Origin: a virus
Virus record (IMG/VR): IMGVR_UViG_3300012954_000007
Direction: 5' to 3' (one strand)
DNA length: 64,000 bases
Below, piece after piece: positions 51,301-58,794 of the stretch (positions are counted from its first letter, which is position 1; each line of letters begins with the position of its first letter). A model generated the notes under the pieces. The model was not told where the DNA came from. It saw nothing but the letters and a program-made list of their open reading frames with translations, and searched no databases. A program made the position numbers and the translations under genes.

Positions 51301-51819
51301 GCTTTAACAGATAACATCTCATTCCCTTGGTTCGCGTCCGCTGGTTACACTAGAGGTATTGTAAACGCGGTTAAAGCTAGAAAGAAACTTACTCTTGATG
51401 AAAGAGATACGTTATACGCTGGTAGAATTAACCCAATCGCAACTTACTCAGATGTTGGTACTATTATCTGGGGTAACAAAACACTACAAAGTAGACAATC
51501 TGCATTAGACAGAATTAACGTTAGAAGATTGTTATTACAGGCTAGAAAATTAATTTCGGCAGTCGCAGTTAAATTGTTATTCGAACAAAATGACGAACAA
51601 GTAAGAAACGAATTCTTAGACTTAGTTAACCCAATCTTAGACTCTATTAGAAGAGAGAGAGGTTTAACAGACTTTAGAGTTGTTCTTTCTGACGACCCAC
51701 AATTGATTGACCAAAATACATTAGAAGGTAAGATTTACATAAAACCAACTAGGTCTCTAGAATTTATTGATATCGAATTCTTAATTACACCTACTGGAGC
51801 ATCATTTGAAAATGTATAA
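48331..51819 (+). CDS. Contractile tail sheath protein (gp18-like) with large insertions
   Basis: Motifs SPGVYTSE, TYYPWV, PWFASAGYTRG, RINPI, WGNKT, RINVRRL, LFEQND, KPTRSLEFI. Confidence 0.96.
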   Translation: MAADGKVFVSPGVYTSEKDLSFVASSVGVTTLGLAGETLQGPAFEPIFISSYGEFQTYFGSLNPEKFTETQIPKYELSYIAKAYLQQSNQLFVTRVLGYSGYDAGPSWSITTVGNPDCETIRTQCADTVGTLYSASTCNTGTPFESTTGSTAQVYTGALSLYFTGATDVFSDSSTLTKPASQLPWPISEKINSTLTKTDGSNTTISNELDSLLSTYYNSLPPHDTGLGCATGTTPCFAVMTGGTSQEIAFGCNYDGDEVSGNTLYNGTFLENAGNPTTSGVTYQTKFSGVTETQVLGSSCNPKPSVFCNDINDPWLYGFFDIIPGTDQYTGFSLSIGVNTNDVLDVSTSAETTLYSGASALRYSYTLYTGETFCNYNDLVVATFRSRGVSTQTSGGPIYQVTGGTDVTMVCTGNTFANINTDPFATFGIDVTDVDGDTFRFETSLASSSKDFVKRVFGVAPFDKDMEQVPIFVEEAYPNMLTYAYKKGYIKGLNCSLLDLPSYRDSNNTGTIGFYQEQWQTPVTPYVVSELRGTKVYKLFRFISICDGNAANTQVKISIVNISFERNEFDILVRSFYDTDASPVVLERYTRCSMNPNLNSFVGVKVGTANGEYELKSRYIMVDLDPEQETDTNRHDAVPCGFEGYVTRNYLGEQSPTLYYKTKYNKPGDIIWNPPFAISSTVDNSTISAGDKIRRVYLGISDTAASAYDDDFFQYKGKQAPTDKCTDLDGTDWNCLTQGFHMDSGATCINTLGELCITTLCKNCGSGTTTEDQYSVGVAPFRSEPTSATDPYYTLQSRKFTLVPYGGFDGWDIYRKSRSNGDSYVRGKSGFLNGACTSTTFPNASGDGSFKLLSSTPWGESGFFATTDYYAYYFGIRTFRNPEAVNVNVLATPGIDYVNNSNLVEETIDMVETERADSLYVTTTPDYNLFVPGATIASNIIQPTEAVDNLDLTAIDSNYTATYYPWVQYNDQENNTRVWLPPTYDVMRNIALTDNISFPWFASAGYTRGIVNAVKARKKLTLDERDTLYAGRINPIATYSDVGTIIWGNKTLQSRQSALDRINVRRLLLQARKLISAVAVKLLFEQNDEQVRNEFLDLVNPILDSIRRERGLTDFRVVLSDDPQLIDQNTLEGKIYIKPTRSLEFIDIEFLITPTGASFENV

Positions 51820-51844
51820 TAAGAAAAGATAAAAAAAGGTAAAA

Positions 51845-53554
51845 ATGAAACTTAATTATAAAAAACAAAAATTAGTAGAAAGTTTAGGTTTTAACGTCAA
51901 TTTTAAAAACCATTACGGTAATAAACCACAAAATGTTAAAGTTACATCAGACCAGTTTAAGCGATTGATGGAGTCTTACTTAGTATATGAGGAAGAAATG
52001 CACAAGGAAGAGGAGGATTTAGAGTTAGCAGAGTTCGCTGACTCTTTCCAAGATGAACTTGACCAAGATATCTTAGACGAAATGAACTTTGGTGATGATG
52101 GTGGTGATAATTTACCAGCAGGTGTTAATATGGACACTGAAAATGACAATAACCCAATCGATTTAGATGAATATGGTTATCAGTCTATTGACCATTCTGA
52201 TAGAGACGAGTTCGATGGTAGAAAATCTAGAGTTGTTGGGGTATATTCAGACATTAACAAACAACGTTATGGGATGAATGAAGATTCTGAAGGTGAGGAA
52301 ACATATCACTACGATGAGGATTTACACCACGATAAAGATGAATTACATCATTTAGAACGTGAGAGAAGTCACGCTCATGGTGGACACAAATCTGACTTAG
52401 ACCAACATATCGCAGCTTTGATTGATTCAATGAAATATGACGATAAAAGAGGTGTAGGTAGAGATGATAAGTATAGAAGAGAACCAGGAACACATTTTTA
52501 TCATGAAGGAAACGGTTTAGCTGAATCTGTTGATAAAACTTTTAGAATGATTAGAGAATCTATTAGAAGAGAAAGACCAAGAGGTTTAAGAATGAGTAAC
52601 TATAGTAGAAAAACTTTAAATGAACAGTTTATAGGTTACAGTGAAATGGGTGAACAGTTTTATGGTGGTAGAGGTAACTACAACAACCCTGGGGTAAACG
52701 CAGCAAGAGGTGTTGAAGAGTTAGTCAAAAACATTAAAAAAGCTTATAACTTTATTAAAGACTCGAAAACTAGAAAACAAATTGAAAATACATTGGTTAA
52801 GTTACAAAACTTTATGGCTATTACAGCTGACGCGGTTATGGCAGGTAAACAACAAAGAGCACCTAGAAGAAACGACCAATTAACTAGACCATTACCTTAC
52901 CCTGAATTAGACGAACCAGAAGATTTGGAAGATATAGATGATGAATTAGACTTAGATTCACTTAACGAGTCTTACAAACGTAATTTACTTAGAGAAGCTA
53001 AAAGAGAGTTAAAAAGAAGAAGTTTAATTGAGGAACTTGATTTACTTAACGAACAAGATGCAAAAGATAAAATTAAACAATTAAAGGACGCTTTAAAAAG
53101 AGAAAGACAAGCTAAAAAAGATTTAAAAAAATTAGGAAGAAAAGAAAAGAAAGAAGCAAGACAAAAAGCTAGAGAACAAAGAAAAACACTTAGACAATTT
53201 AACCAGTTATGTTCTAAATTTCCAGACGCTCCAGAATGTGCCGATAAAGAAGCATTTGTAAAAGAAACTGAACAAGAAATCAAAAACGTAGAAGTTGCAA
53301 CAAAAGATGTTGAAAAACCTGTTGATTCGGCTGGTGGAGAAGAAAGTACTAAACAAGAATCAAAGTTATGTCAACTAAAAGGAGACAAAACCTATGAGTA
53401 TAAAGTAGAAAAGGAAGTGTGGTACGCTAGAAGAAGAGGTACAACTAAATGGAACTCATTAGCTGGAGATAAGTATGCTGGAGCAAGAGCAAAGTTAGAT
53501 AAAGGTTGTCCAGGATTTAGAAAAACTAAAGAAAAAACACCTCTAACTCAATAA
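51845..53554 (+). CDS. Acidic, His-rich, coiled-coil late protein (candidate internal head protein)
   Basis: Many L/I/M-x-E sites (LVES, LMES, LAES, IRES, LNEQ, LNES, LLRE, LIEE); follows the sheath gene. Confidence 0.55.
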   Translation: MKLNYKKQKLVESLGFNVNFKNHYGNKPQNVKVTSDQFKRLMESYLVYEEEMHKEEEDLELAEFADSFQDELDQDILDEMNFGDDGGDNLPAGVNMDTENDNNPIDLDEYGYQSIDHSDRDEFDGRKSRVVGVYSDINKQRYGMNEDSEGEETYHYDEDLHHDKDELHHLERERSHAHGGHKSDLDQHIAALIDSMKYDDKRGVGRDDKYRREPGTHFYHEGNGLAESVDKTFRMIRESIRRERPRGLRMSNYSRKTLNEQFIGYSEMGEQFYGGRGNYNNPGVNAARGVEELVKNIKKAYNFIKDSKTRKQIENTLVKLQNFMAITADAVMAGKQQRAPRRNDQLTRPLPYPELDEPEDLEDIDDELDLDSLNESYKRNLLREAKRELKRRSLIEELDLLNEQDAKDKIKQLKDALKRERQAKKDLKKLGRKEKKEARQKAREQRKTLRQFNQLCSKFPDAPECADKEAFVKETEQEIKNVEVATKDVEKPVDSAGGEESTKQESKLCQLKGDKTYEYKVEKEVWYARRRGTTKWNSLAGDKYAGARAKLDKGCPGFRKTKEKTPLTQ

Positions 53555-53578
53555 TAACTTATAACATTTTTATTATTT

Positions 53579-53605
53579 AAAAAGGGTCCTAATGGACCCT
53601 TTTTT
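53579..53605. terminator. Bidirectional intrinsic terminator
   Basis: AAAAAGGGTCC-taat-GGACCCTTTTTT. Confidence 0.92.
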
Positions 53606-53838
53606 TATTCATCTATTTTTCCTCCGTTTCCAAGGATTAGTAAAAATATCATAGGAAACATTAATGGAGCTTTTAAGATGTGGGTAAATATGTAGAAGTT
53701 GAACCACCCGTTTGACGGTTCCCCTGAATTTTCTTCCTCAATCTCCAAGTAGTTTTTTTCTAATTGTTTTTTATTGTTTTCAATAAAAAAAATCATAGTA
53801 ATAATCGAGATGGTAAGGTAGGTGATAATATATGTCAT
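53605..53838 (-). CDS. Small membrane protein
   Basis: Two hydrophobic segments; own Bacteroidota-type promoter. Confidence 0.65.
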   Translation of the reverse strand: MTYIITYLTISIITMIFFIENNKKQLEKNYLEIEEENSGEPSNGWFNFYIFTHILKAPLMFPMIFLLILGNGGKIDE

Positions 53839-53864
53839 TGGTTTATATTTTAATAATTATGTTA

Positions 53865-53896
53865 CAAAGATAATAAATTCGGTGGGACTACACAAA
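53865..53896 (-). promoter_or_regulatory. Bacteroidota-type primary sigma promoter
   Basis: Minus strand TTTG (53893-53896), 20-nt spacer, TATCTTTG (53865-53872). Confidence 0.75.
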
Positions 53897-53922
53897 TATA
53901 TACGTAATTAGTTTACGTGATG

Positions 53923-54705
53923 TTACGAAAAACTGAAACGTCTTTTGCTGTAAATTCTCCAAGCCTCGTTGTCGTCATATTTCTCATTGATTTTACTAAC
54001 AACTTCTGTAGGTAATTCTTCTTCAATTAAACTTTTTTTGGTTATGTCACATTTAATATTTGTGATTTTACTGTTTAATGAAGACATTTTAGACCTTAAC
54101 TCATCAATTTGTTTTTCCAACTCTTCTTTTTCTTTTTGAACTTTTGTCAACTCTTCACTACCATTAAACTCTTTTTCCCAAGCGTCTTCATAAGTATCGT
54201 CAGTAAATAACTCAACGTGATTTTTAGTGTATCTTTCGTTTATTTTAGATACTTGACCTTCAAGGTAATCGTTAATAATATCCAAAAGTTTATTTGTAAA
54301 AATTTCAGTTATCCTAGGAATGTCCTGAATAAAAGTATCATAGATACCATCGTACTTTTCAATTTTCTTTGTTCTTGTACGAATTCCAGTAAATTTAAAT
54401 TCTACTCTATGTGTTTCGTGCATGTTATAACATTCTGACTCTTCTCTCAGAATTTGAGAAAGTTTAACAGCTTTTAATAATTGTGGGTTGATAGACTCCA
54501 GTGTTTCTACAATTTCTGGTTTAAGAACAACATAAACACTCATCCAAAGTGAACGGTCAAAAGAATATTTAGCGTCAACTGCTCTGTCCACGTTTTTTTC
54601 TGAATGTGAAGTTTTTACTATCACATCATCTTGTGTAATTCCTTCTACAATTGTTAAGTATTCTTTGTCGTTAGTAAATAAGCTTTCTGTTTTTTCTATG
54701 TTCAT
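53923..54705 (-). CDS. Hypothetical early protein with coiled coil
   Basis: Start moved to ATG 54705 because the track start overlaps the promoter -7 element. Confidence 0.65.
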   Translation of the reverse strand: MNIEKTESLFTNDKEYLTIVEGITQDDVIVKTSHSEKNVDRAVDAKYSFDRSLWMSVYVVLKPEIVETLESINPQLLKAVKLSQILREESECYNMHETHRVEFKFTGIRTRTKKIEKYDGIYDTFIQDIPRITEIFTNKLLDIINDYLEGQVSKINERYTKNHVELFTDDTYEDAWEKEFNGSEELTKVQKEKEELEKQIDELRSKMSSLNSKITNIKCDITKKSLIEEELPTEVVSKINEKYDDNEAWRIYSKRRFSFS

Positions 54706-54732
54706 GTTCTTCTTTTTTGGTTTTGTTATACA

Positions 54733-54764
54733 CAAATATAAGAGCTTTATATGAAACTACCAAA
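54733..54764 (-). promoter_or_regulatory. Bacteroidota-type primary sigma promoter
   Basis: Minus strand TTTG (54761-54764), 20-nt spacer, TATATTTG (54733-54740). Confidence 0.8.
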
Positions 54765-54784
54765 TTAAATTTAAACTTTTTTTA

Positions 54785-54815
54785 TTTGTTTACTAAATAT
54801 TTTTTATTATATTTG
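54785..54815 (+). promoter_or_regulatory. Bacteroidota-type primary sigma promoter
   Basis: TTTG (54785-54788), 19-nt spacer, TATATTTG (54808-54815). Confidence 0.8.
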
Positions 54816-54838
54816 TATCGAACTTTAAAACACAATAA

Positions 54839-55279
54839 ATGAAATTAGCACTTTTTGATTTTGATAATACCTTATTCAAAACCCCATATGATGAAGACCC
54901 TGATTATATGGATAAACCAGCAAGTTTATCTATACGTAAATGGAAATTCGAACCAATACTTGAGACTATAAAAAAGTTTAAAGAATGTAAAAAAGAAAAG
55001 AATACAAAAGTTATTTTACTTACAAATAGAATTGACAGTGTTCACCCACAGTTAAAATCTTTATTAGAAGAATACGGTCTAATATTTGACGATTACAAGA
55101 TGATTGTTGGTGTTGATGGTGATAGGTCTAAAGGTAAACGAGTAAAAGATTTAATATTAAATAATAGTGTAGGTTCTATAGAATATTGGGAAGATAAAGA
55201 TAAACATATAGAGGACGTTAAAAATACAATGGACTTTTTTCCAGAAATAGAATTAAAAATAAATAAAGTCGTTATTTAA
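54839..55279 (+). CDS. HAD-superfamily phosphatase (RNA-repair 'Swiss army knife' HAD-like)
   Basis: Motifs LFDFDNTLFKTP, LLTNR, K, YWEDKDKH. Confidence 0.8.
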   Translation: MKLALFDFDNTLFKTPYDEDPDYMDKPASLSIRKWKFEPILETIKKFKECKKEKNTKVILLTNRIDSVHPQLKSLLEEYGLIFDDYKMIVGVDGDRSKGKRVKDLILNNSVGSIEYWEDKDKHIEDVKNTMDFFPEIELKINKVVI

Positions 55280-55925
55280 TTCGATGTATACTACCAGTAG
55301 CTCTCTCACCAAAAGGCAAATCTTTTGTGTTATCTACAATCCAATAATTGTCTACCATAGGTATTAAATCTTTAACCACTCTCCTAACTTTGTCATGGTA
55401 ATCTATAACCATATCAGTAGGTAAACTACGGTCTCGCTGTAAATTTCTTTCTAAAGCTTTATCTAAATCAGTAACCACATGAACTATAGTTACGTTATAA
55501 CCATTTTCTTTAGCTAAGTTAATAACATCATTCATAACTTCTCTTTGTCCCCCTCCGGCGTCATAAACTATATTAGGCATCTCATTCCTTTCGGTATCCA
55601 GAAAGTTCTTTAAAAACCTAATAGTTAGGTTTCTTGGGTCGGAAGTTGTATAAGACATATCCAGAATTTTTTGGTATCCTTCATCGGTAGATATGTTTTC
55701 TTTCCACTGGTCACCCCATATTTTTTTAGCTAATGCCACTCTGTAATTATCTACATTAAACTGTTTGTAATTTGGTAAATCTATAAAATTTTGTGTTACG
55801 AAACTTTTACCCGCTCCAGGTCCACCAGCTATGATTACAAAATTACCTTGTGGATTGTCAAAACCTACAACTCTGGACTCTATAAGCATTAACTTTTTAA
55901 TTTTACTAATTTCTTTCAATAACAT
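55272..55925 (-). CDS. P-loop kinase (zeta-toxin/polynucleotide-kinase-like)
   Basis: Motifs AGGPGAGKS, NVD, IVYDAGG, ALERNLQRDR; start placed at ATG 55925 after TATTTAT (55930-55936, minus). Confidence 0.8.
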   Translation of the reverse strand: MLLKEISKIKKLMLIESRVVGFDNPQGNFVIIAGGPGAGKSFVTQNFIDLPNYKQFNVDNYRVALAKKIWGDQWKENISTDEGYQKILDMSYTTSDPRNLTIRFLKNFLDTERNEMPNIVYDAGGGQREVMNDVINLAKENGYNVTIVHVVTDLDKALERNLQRDRSLPTDMVIDYHDKVRRVVKDLIPMVDNYWIVDNTKDLPFGERATGSIHRIK

Positions 55926-56021
55926 ACATATAAATATATTTATTGTTAGGAATATTGGATTAAGTATTTTACAGATATTTATTACATGTGTGATAACACC
56001 TAATACTAAAATTTTAAATAA

Positions 56022-56690
56022 ATGAACTACATTAGAAGAATTCTTAGGGAGTATACTGAACAATCTCTAAATGAGTTAGCTAAAACTAACCGTTTAATCC
56101 TTTTAGATGTCGATGATACACTTCTTAAACCAACAGGTGTTTACATATATAGGAATTTACCTTCAGACAGACAGGAAGTAGCTTTAACACCATACGAGTA
56201 CGGTTTAGAACACGTCACCCCAGACACAAAACAATATTATGATTACAGAGATTTTATGGACCCTGTAAAAACACAACAATCAATAGAAAAAGCAGAACCT
56301 ATAGTAGCTAACCTATCGGTTATGGATGACTATTTAAAATTAGGACATCAAATAGCAATATTAACAGCTAGGTCTAATGAAGATGTGGTATTCGACGGTT
56401 TGAGACAATTTTTAATGTATAAAGATAGTAAGGGTAATTTAGTCCCTATAGGAGATAGGTTGTCTAGAGAAAACGTTTACGCTATCAACGATGTGGATAG
56501 AGTTAAGACACTTGAATCTGAAACGGACTATGAGAAAAAAGCGGAGGTTGTAGAAAAATTACTAACCACGTATGATGAAATAGTTTTTATAGATGACGAT
56601 ATGAAAAATGTAAAAGCTATGAGATTATTAAAAAGAGATTTACCGGAAGAGCTTGCTAGTAAATTATTTGTAATGCATGCTAAAGAATAA
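56022..56690 (+). CDS. HAD-superfamily phosphatase with N-terminal tag
   Basis: Motifs LLDVDDTL, ILTAR, KK, FIDDDMKN; TATTTAT at 55976-55982. Confidence 0.8.
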   Translation: MNYIRRILREYTEQSLNELAKTNRLILLDVDDTLLKPTGVYIYRNLPSDRQEVALTPYEYGLEHVTPDTKQYYDYRDFMDPVKTQQSIEKAEPIVANLSVMDDYLKLGHQIAILTARSNEDVVFDGLRQFLMYKDSKGNLVPIGDRLSRENVYAINDVDRVKTLESETDYEKKAEVVEKLLTTYDEIVFIDDDMKNVKAMRLLKRDLPEELASKLFVMHAKE

Positions 56691-56836
56691 TTAACATTAT
56701 AATATTTATATTATATAATAGCTTTTATGCTATATGTATATAAAATTAGAAAAATAAAGTAAAGGGTTAATTTTGTCGATTTTTAAAAACCCGTATATTT
56801 ATTAAGAAATAAGATAACAAAACAAAAAAATTTAAC

Positions 56837-57325
56837 ATGGCTGACTTATTAATGAAAATGCCCATACCGTATGAACCTAAAAAGAAGAATAGGTTTATCT
56901 TAAGATTCCCATCGTCTTTGGGTATTAATGAGTGGTATGTGGAAAGTACTTCTAGACCTGCTGTTAACATTAACCCAGTAGAAATTCCTTTTTTAAATAC
57001 CTCTACTTATGTAGCTGGTAGATTTACTTGGAACACAATTAGTGTAACCTTTAGAGACCCGATTGGTCCATCAGCAGCACAAGCTCTAATGGAATGGGTA
57101 AGATTACACGCAGAATCAGTAACAGGTAGAATGGGTTATGCTGCGGGATATAAAAAAGATATCGATTTAGAGATGTTAGACCCTACAGGTGTTGTGGTTG
57201 AAAAGTGGATAATGCAAGGAACGTTCTTAACAGATGTTAACTTTGACAGTTTAGGCTATAGTGATGATGCAATTGCTACTATATCAGCTACTCTAAGACC
57301 AGATAGATGTATATTAGTTTACTAA
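56837..57325 (+). CDS. Tail tube protein (gp19-like)
   Basis: YEPKKKNRF..., AGRFTW, YKKDI.LEMLDPTG.VVEKW pattern; TATTTAT at 56796-56802. Confidence 0.88.
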   Translation: MADLLMKMPIPYEPKKKNRFILRFPSSLGINEWYVESTSRPAVNINPVEIPFLNTSTYVAGRFTWNTISVTFRDPIGPSAAQALMEWVRLHAESVTGRMGYAAGYKKDIDLEMLDPTGVVVEKWIMQGTFLTDVNFDSLGYSDDAIATISATLRPDRCILVY

Positions 57326-57346
57326 TCTAAATTTTACAAAACTTAT

Positions 57347-57375
57347 AAAACCCGTACTTATTGTATGGGTTTTTT
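57347..57375. terminator. Intrinsic terminator after the tail tube gene
   Basis: AAAACCCGTAC-ttatt-GTATGGGTTTTTT (stem includes a G-U pair). Confidence 0.75.
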
Positions 57376-57987
57376 GTTTAATGGGGCTTTATTTTTACTT
57401 TTTGGGTACGGTTGTCTTTCCCACAAACACGTTAGGGATTCATCAAAAACTAGTAAATAACGGTGTTTACGGTCACGATTTCTCCATTCCCCTTTTTTTC
57501 CTTTCACAGGTCCTCTCTGGTGTTTTATAAAAGAACCATCATCCATCTCAAACCAAAAATCTTTTTTCTGGTCAGTTAGACCATAATAACCAAAATTAGT
57601 AGCTTGATAAATAAACCCTGTATGTAATGACGAATCCGCGTATGATAAAATAGCTTTTACCTCAGTTTGTTTTTTTAACAATCTAATACAAACTGAAACA
57701 AACCAAGAAAGCGTGTTCTTTTCAGTTATATTAGGGTTTAAACACAACCTACCCAGTTCGTAAATTCCACTTTGTTCATTTCTTTTAAGTCCAAAACAAC
57801 CCTTTAATGTTTCAGGTACTGAAGGTGAGTGAAAAATACACACACCGACTAGTACTCCTTCTTTAAATAAACCAAAATTAAACCCACTTCTAAAACCTTT
57901 ATTTTTTTTATTTAAATAATGGTGTGAAAAAAGTATGGACTTACATAGTTCTTTACTTATTATTTGTATGTTATAGATTTTATTCAT
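57358..57987 (-). CDS. Mom-like (GNAT-fold) DNA adenine modification enzyme
   Basis: Motifs HHYL, GLF...LVGVCIF, ELGRLCL, SYAD...HTGFIYQATNF, KHRY. Confidence 0.78.
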   Translation of the reverse strand: MNKIYNIQIISKELCKSILFSHHYLNKKNKGFRSGFNFGLFKEGVLVGVCIFHSPSVPETLKGCFGLKRNEQSGIYELGRLCLNPNITEKNTLSWFVSVCIRLLKKQTEVKAILSYADSSLHTGFIYQATNFGYYGLTDQKKDFWFEMDDGSFIKHQRGPVKGKKGEWRNRDRKHRYLLVFDESLTCLWERQPYPKSKNKAPLNKKPIQ

Positions 57988-58035
57988 TGTAATAATTATA
58001 GCAATAATAAACTAAAAAGTATATAAAATAAATAA

Positions 58036-58794
58036 ATGGACCCTAGAGAATACTCAGACCCAACACAAGCAAACATACCCTACGATGTTGTCACTTTACC
58101 ATCTAAAGGTATGTTTTACCAAAACAAATTAGAGTCGGTAAAAGTAACTTATTTAACTGCTTCAGATGAGAACTTATTAAGTTCACCTAATATAGTAGAA
58201 AATGGAAATTTAGTAGATGAACTTTTAAGAAGAAAAATATTAGGAAGTGAAGTCAATATTAATGAAATGTTAGAATGTGACAAACAAGCAATTTTAATAT
58301 TTTTACGTAATACAGCTTTCGGTTCAACATACGAATTTACACTAACTGACCCAGAAACAAAACAAAAATTTAAATATACACATGATTTAAGTAATGTGAG
58401 TATGAAAGACTTTACCTTAGTACCAGACGAAAAAGGAGAATTTTCATACACTTTACCAATTACAAAAAAAGTAGTTAAATTTAAATTTTTAAATTCTTCA
58501 CAAGAAAACGAACTGTCAAACATCGATTCACAATACCAAGGAAGGGTATCTCCCAAGGTAACTAAAAGATTAGAATATCTAATACAAGAAATAGAGGGTG
58601 AAAGAGATAAGGGTAATTTAGCACAAATGATTCAATCAATGCCCATAAAAGATTCTCAGGAGTTTAGAAACTACGTTAAAGATAACGAACCTGGGTTGGA
58701 TTTAAAAATAACAGTTAGGGCACCGTCAGGAGAAGAGGTTACAACTTCGGTTGTTCTTGGTGCCCATTTTTTTCGTCCTTTCTTCGGATTATAG
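58036..58794 (+). CDS. Baseplate hub assembly/tail assembly chaperone (gp26-like)
   Basis: Motifs VTLPSKG.FY, YLTASDENLL, LRNTAFG, C-terminal FFRP; between tube and tape-measure genes. Confidence 0.75.
   Translation: MDPREYSDPTQANIPYDVVTLPSKGMFYQNKLESVKVTYLTASDENLLSSPNIVENGNLVDELLRRKILGSEVNINEMLECDKQAILIFLRNTAFGSTYEFTLTDPETKQKFKYTHDLSNVSMKDFTLVPDEKGEFSYTLPITKKVVKFKFLNSSQENELSNIDSQYQGRVSPKVTKRLEYLIQEIEGERDKGNLAQMIQSMPIKDSQEFRNYVKDNEPGLDLKITVRAPSGEEVTTSVVLGAHFFRPFFGL

Noticed and set aside
55272-55925. Zeta/epsilon toxin-antitoxin pair
   Set aside because: Only the generic P-loop kinase fold is evident; neighbours are HAD phosphatases in separate transcription units, and no antitoxin-like ORF is present
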